Part shown: in pieces, positions 58,165-64,000 of the stretch
Numbering within the stretch: position 1 is the first letter of the stretch
Layout of the letters: each line of letters begins with the position of its first letter
Assembly (NCBI GenBank): GCA_951406725.2
Contig: OX597824.1
Span: 15,128,001-15,192,000 of the forward strand
Length of the DNA stretch: 64,000 bases
Direction of reading: 5' to 3'
From: Octopus vulgaris
Taxonomy: Eukaryota
Notes under the pieces: generated by a model
The model's database searches: none
The model's input: only the letters and a program-made list of their open reading frames with translations
What the model was told of the DNA's origin: nothing
Position numbers and translations under genes: made by a program

Positions 58165-58432
58165 GGTTTGTAAATAGATGAGAAGTGCTTCTTTCAAACA
58201 TATTGTACTGGAAACACGACCATATTTTACTTCTATACTTTAATTCAGGGTTACCTCTTCATACCTTGCGTGTAGGGTTCCTTACAGTTTCTTTAGATTT
58301 AGGAACTTTTATGTAGCCATACAAAAATATGAAAACCTCTTGATTAAATATTTGAAACAGGAACACATTCGTGTTTCCAAAATGCACAAACCCATACAAC
58401 GTGTGTGTGTGCGTGTGTGCAAAGAGATATTC

Positions 58433-58552
<120 letters not shown>

Positions 58553-58661
58553 GTATATATACATATATATACATATATATATATATATATGCATGTTTAT
58601 ATGAATATCTCTTTGCACACAAACACACATACACACACATATATATACATATACGTATATA

Positions 58662-58715
<54 letters not shown>

Positions 58716-58804
58716 TTAAATATATATATATGTTACATATATATATATTATATATATATATATATATATATGTTATATATACGATGTGTCAGTGTGTGTG
58801 TACA

Positions 58805-58854
<50 letters not shown>

Positions 58855-59200
58855 TGTACACACACACACATCGTGTTTGTTCTCCCTTTAGCTCTCTCTC
58901 ATTTATAAGATCATACCTCCTCCATATTTCTTTCCCCTTTGTCATTCCAATTTTTTTGTTTTTTCAAATCTTCAACAATCAAACTTCCTTCTTTCTCTCT
59001 CTCTCTCACTCATATTTCCCTTTCATCTGCTCTTCTCTTTATTGTTAACGATCATGCTTTCACTTCTCCACCCCTTCTCTTTTTCTTTCTTTCTGTCTCC
59101 CTCCCCCCCCTCTCTCTCTTCTTATTTCTTATCTCCGCCCTCATGCTGCCTCTCTTCCTTTCGTATTACTATATCCCACCTCTCTTACTCCCCCCTCTCT

Positions 59201-59363
59201 CTGTCTATCTCTATCTCTCTTTCTGTCTATCTCTATCTCTCTTTCTGTCTATCTCTATCTCTCTTTCTGTCTATCTCTATCTCTCTTTCTGTCTATCTCT
59301 ATCTCTCTTTCTGTCTATCTCTATCTCTCTTTCTGTCTATCTCTATCTCTCTTTCTGTCTATC
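59201..59363. repeat. 22-bp minisatellite (ctgtctatctctatctctcttt) x about 7
   Basis: Direct reading. Confidence 0.9.
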
Positions 59364-59555
59364 ACTCACCTCCACCGTAACCACAATTCTTATACAGCGA
59401 CCTCTTTAGTTACATTTATTACCAAACATAAATAGATAAATCTTACAATCTAATCAGAATTTAATCAAATATCGTCTGTTTTCTTGATTTGCTTTCTCGT
59501 TTTTTTTTGGGGGGGCCTGTTTATTAATATATACATACATACATACATACATACA

Positions 59556-59631
<76 letters not shown>

Positions 59632-59831
59632 TACATATATATATATGTATATATATATACACACATATATATATGTATATATATATATGTATGTATATAT
59701 ATATATGTATGTATATATATATATATATAGATATGTATGCATGTATATAAATACACAAATGACAAAACAATATTATGCATATGTGTGTATATACATATAT
59801 ATATATATATATATGTGTGTGTATGTATATA

Positions 59832-59876
<45 letters not shown>

Positions 59877-60415
59877 GTATATACACACATATGCATAATA
59901 TTGTTTTGTCTTTTGTGTATTTATCATATTTTTCTCATCTAATTTTCATTGGTTAATACAGTAAAACACTGGATGATAAAATTTATTTTTTACCGTTTTT
60001 ATCATATTGTTGTACAAAGAAGCGGTGGCGGAGCGGTGGTGTTGGCATTATTGTTGTTATTGCAGTTGTTGTTGTTGTTGTTGTTGTTGGTGGTGGTGAT
60101 GGTGGTTTTGGTGATGGTGGTTTTGGTGTTGGTTTGTGAAGAGACAATGAGGTGAAGTGGAAGTAACGATATTAAAGATGCTGATGGTGTTGGTGGTGGT
60201 GGTGGTAGTGGTGGTGGTGGTGGTGGTGTTAGCGGCAATGATAGCGGTGCTGTTGGCGACGGTGGTGGGGCAGCAATCCCCAAGATCTTTCTGTGTCAAT
60301 TTAGTGCTTACTTGCCTCTTTCTGTACAGAAAACAAATATAATTTGTAAAAAAAATTATGAAAATGTCTAGTAGTAGCAGCAGCAGCAGCAGCATCAGTA
60401 GTAGTAGTAGTAGTG

Positions 60416-60465
<50 letters not shown>

Positions 60466-60902
60466 TGTTGTTGTTGTTGTAGTAATAATAGTAGTAGTAG
60501 TAGTAGTAGTGGTAGTAGTAGTAGTAGTAATTGTAGTAGTAGTAGTAGTAGTAGTAGTCATGGTAGTATTGTCTTGAAAAAAAAAAACAAAAAATAAAAT
60601 AAATACAAAATAAACAAAAAAAAAATAACGTTATTGAAATGGCTAAATCAGCAAAGTCCTAAATAAATGCATTTTCACCATGCATCTTCGATGCTTTACA
60701 TGCTTGGTTCGAACCCACTCGGAGTATATTATAGCTGCTAAACTCACTTGAAAGGATATTCGTTCATCACTGATACTGCCTCATAAATTTCTGGTCTGTA
60801 CTAATTCTAAAATGCATTAATACTATAGGGAATTACATTAATGACCGTATGAGAATAAAACTGAAAAACAAAAAAGTAAAAGTAAAATAAAAAAAACAAC
60901 AA

Positions 60903-61062
60903 AGGAGTGGCTGTGTGGTAAGTAGCTTGCTAACCAACCACATGGTTCCGGGTTCAGTCCCACTGCGTGGCATCTTGGGCAAGTGTCTTCTGCTATAGCC
61001 CCGGGCCGACCAAAGCCTTGTGAGTGGATTTGGTAGACGGAAACTGAAAGAAGCCTGTCGTA

Positions 61063-61107
<45 letters not shown>

Positions 61108-61333
61108 ATGTGTGTGTTTGTGTGTCTGTGTTTGTCCCCCTAGCATTGCTTGACAACCGATGCTGGTGTGTTTACGTCCCCGTCACTTAGCGATTCGGCA
61201 AAAGAGAACGATAGAATAAGTACTGGGCTTACAAAAGAATAAGTCCCGGGGTCGATTTGCTCGACTAAAGGCGGTGCCCCAGCATGGCCGCAGTCAAATG
61301 ACTGAAACAAGTAAAAGAGTAAAAGCGTAAAAG
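60903..61333 (+). mobile_element. SINE family A, near full length, young
   Basis: Collinear with other copies. Confidence 0.92.
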
Positions 61334-61411
61334 CAAGTTTTGCCTTTACTTTAGAATGCTATTCTGACCCAGCGCAGGTTCCACTGCTAATAACAATTTT
61401 TTATTATTATA

Positions 61412-61742
61412 AAAAAAAAAGACTCCGCCGGTTCCGACGACGAGGGTCCCAGCTGATCCGAATCAACGAAACAGCTTGCTCGTGAAATTAACGTGCAAAT
61501 GGCTGAGCATTCCACAGACACGTGTACCCTTAACGTAGTTCTCGGGGATAATCAGCGTGACACAGAGAGTGACAAGGCTGACCCTTTGAAATACAAGTAC
61601 AACTCATTTTTGCCAGCTGAGTGGACTGGAGCAACGTGAAATAAAGTGTCTTGCTCAAGGACACAACGCGTCGCTGGGAATCGAACTCACAAACTTACGG
61701 TCATGAGCCGAATGCCCTAACCACTAAGCCACGCGCCCTCAC
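61412..61742 (-). mobile_element. SINE: family B head plus tail 2, full length, 12-bp TSD
   Basis: Head ggcgcgtggcttagtggttaggg...gagttcgattccc; tttattattata at 61400-61411 and 61743-61754. Confidence 0.88.
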
Positions 61743-62083
61743 TTTATTATTATAGTCGCCAGCTATTTGCAACAACAGTGATTTGTTAATCACTGCTTTT
61801 CTATATCAGTAGAGGTTAAATTTGTCTAAGCATACAGTCGCTAGCGGATACTTCTTACTGATGATGCGCAAAGACAGAGAGACATCATGACTTAGCAATT
61901 CCACCACCGGTACTGGACACTTTTCGTCTACTTCTGATATACTTCTGTGCTTAGTAACGCTAGACGTCTGTGCGAGATGTTTTCTCGAGACGAATATGGC
62001 AGTTGTGTGGCTTTCTACGGCATATCCACGTTAAGTAAGATAAAATTTAAGAAATGCAATTCTGAATCTCTCTCTTTCTCTCC

Positions 62084-62164
<81 letters not shown>

Positions 62165-62224
62165 ATATATATATGTATATATTTATGTATATATATATAT
62201 ATACATACATATTATATATATATA

Positions 62225-62257
<33 letters not shown>

Positions 62258-62411
62258 TCATGCATATATATTTACATATCTATATACATAACACGCACCG
62301 ACATACATATGGAATTTTAGCTAAGTGCAATGCCGGTGTAGATAAAAAGGTTGTAAGTCTTAAAGTTGTCGTAGAAAATGACTCAATACGAACAATCACA
62401 ATCAACCACAG

Positions 62412-62486
<75 letters not shown>

Positions 62487-62489
62487 GCC

Positions 62490-62895
62490 GATATTTATAA
62501 AATACCTATAAAACAGAACACAACATGCATCGTAGCTAACCATAAACTCCTTGTTAGAATATATTACAAAGCACCAGAACGGAAAACATTATTAACAGAT
62601 AAAACATTAACCAACAAACCACAGAACGTGCTTTAAACTATGAATGATCATTAAGAATTTTAGTGTCTGTAAGAAAGTTGCTACTTTCTTGAATCAAACT
62701 GCCACATTGGTCATACAAGTACAAACACCCTCCCGTCGTCTGACTGTGCATCTACAACAAGGAATCGTTGAAACATAAAACAATAGAGTTCATTCAACAG
62801 AAATAGACGGACATATATTAGTTGACAATACTACAATTCGATGGAGACTTCCAAACAAAAATCAGAAGAGTAGCGATGGAAGCATTCCTAATACC
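62490..62895 (+). pseudogene. Decayed Penelope-like element ORF: linker plus GIY-YIG endonuclease
   Basis: From 62508 reads [29 protein letters not shown]...NDH*EF*CL*ESCYFLESNCHIGHTST, frameshift, SRRLTVHLQQGIVET*NNRVHSTEIDGHILVDNTTI, frameshift, IRRVAMEAFLI. Confidence 0.8.
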
Positions 62896-63112
62896 CTTTA
62901 CTCTCTTTTACTCTTTTACTTGTTTCAGTTATTTGACTGTGGCCATGCTGGAGCACCGCCTTTAGTCGAGCGAATCGACCCGAGGACTTATTCCTTGTAA
63001 GCCTAGTACTTATTCTATCGGTCTCTTTTGCCGAACCGCTTAGTTACGGAGACGTAAACAGACCAGCATGGGTTGTCAAGCGATGTTGGGAAGACAAACA
63101 CAGACACACAAA

Positions 63113-63156
<44 letters not shown>

Positions 63157-63311
63157 CATATATACAACGGGCTTTTTTCAGTTTCCGCCTACCAAATCCA
63201 CTCACAAGGCTTTGGTCGGCCCGAGGCTATAGTAGAAGATACTTGCCCAAAGTGTCACGCAGTGGGACTGAACCCGGAACCACGTGGTTGGTAAGCAAGC
63301 TACTTACCACA

Positions 63312-63316
<5 letters not shown>
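62896..63316 (-). mobile_element. SINE family A, near full length
   Basis: Collinear with other copies; truncates the Penelope-like ORF. Confidence 0.92.
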
Positions 63317-63770
<454 letters not shown>

Positions 63771-63773
63771 ATA

Positions 63774-63824
<51 letters not shown>

Positions 63825-63856
63825 GTATATATATGTATGCATATATGTATATATAT

Positions 63857-63908
<52 letters not shown>

Positions 63909-63921
63909 CGCTGGATTAACC

Positions 63922-63959
<38 letters not shown>

Positions 63960-64000
63960 GCATATGTATATGCGTATGTACAGAGAGAAAGAAGGAAGTG

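Overview
Eukaryotic, gene-poor and extremely microsatellite-rich DNA, with (TA)n, (TATC)n, (TATG)n, (CA)n and trinucleotide tracts. The repeat families point to an octopus (coleoid cephalopod) intron or intergenic region; this is recognition from memory, not a database search. I find no credible host protein-coding exon, and almost all ORFs in the track are microsatellite translations. The non-simple sequence is a mosaic of mobile elements. There are about 25 copies or fragments of one tRNA/CORE-like SINE (family A), plus three other tRNA-SINE heads (B, B2, C) that swap tail modules. Also present are two decayed mariner transposases, hAT/Charlie MITEs, a non-autonomous Helitron, several LINE 3' ends and a decayed Penelope-like GIY-YIG ORF. 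The most interesting layer is Penelope-associated RNA structure: (i) a three-copy family carrying a minimal type I hammerhead-like fold with a non-canonical CUGUYGA core and compensatory stem II changes; (ii) several (TA)n-anchored fold-back elements with shared termini, one centred on a CTGATGA...GAAAC core. Two further signals stand out: a LINE/SINE shared 3' hairpin with covariation, and SINE dimers that inserted as single TSD-flanked units.
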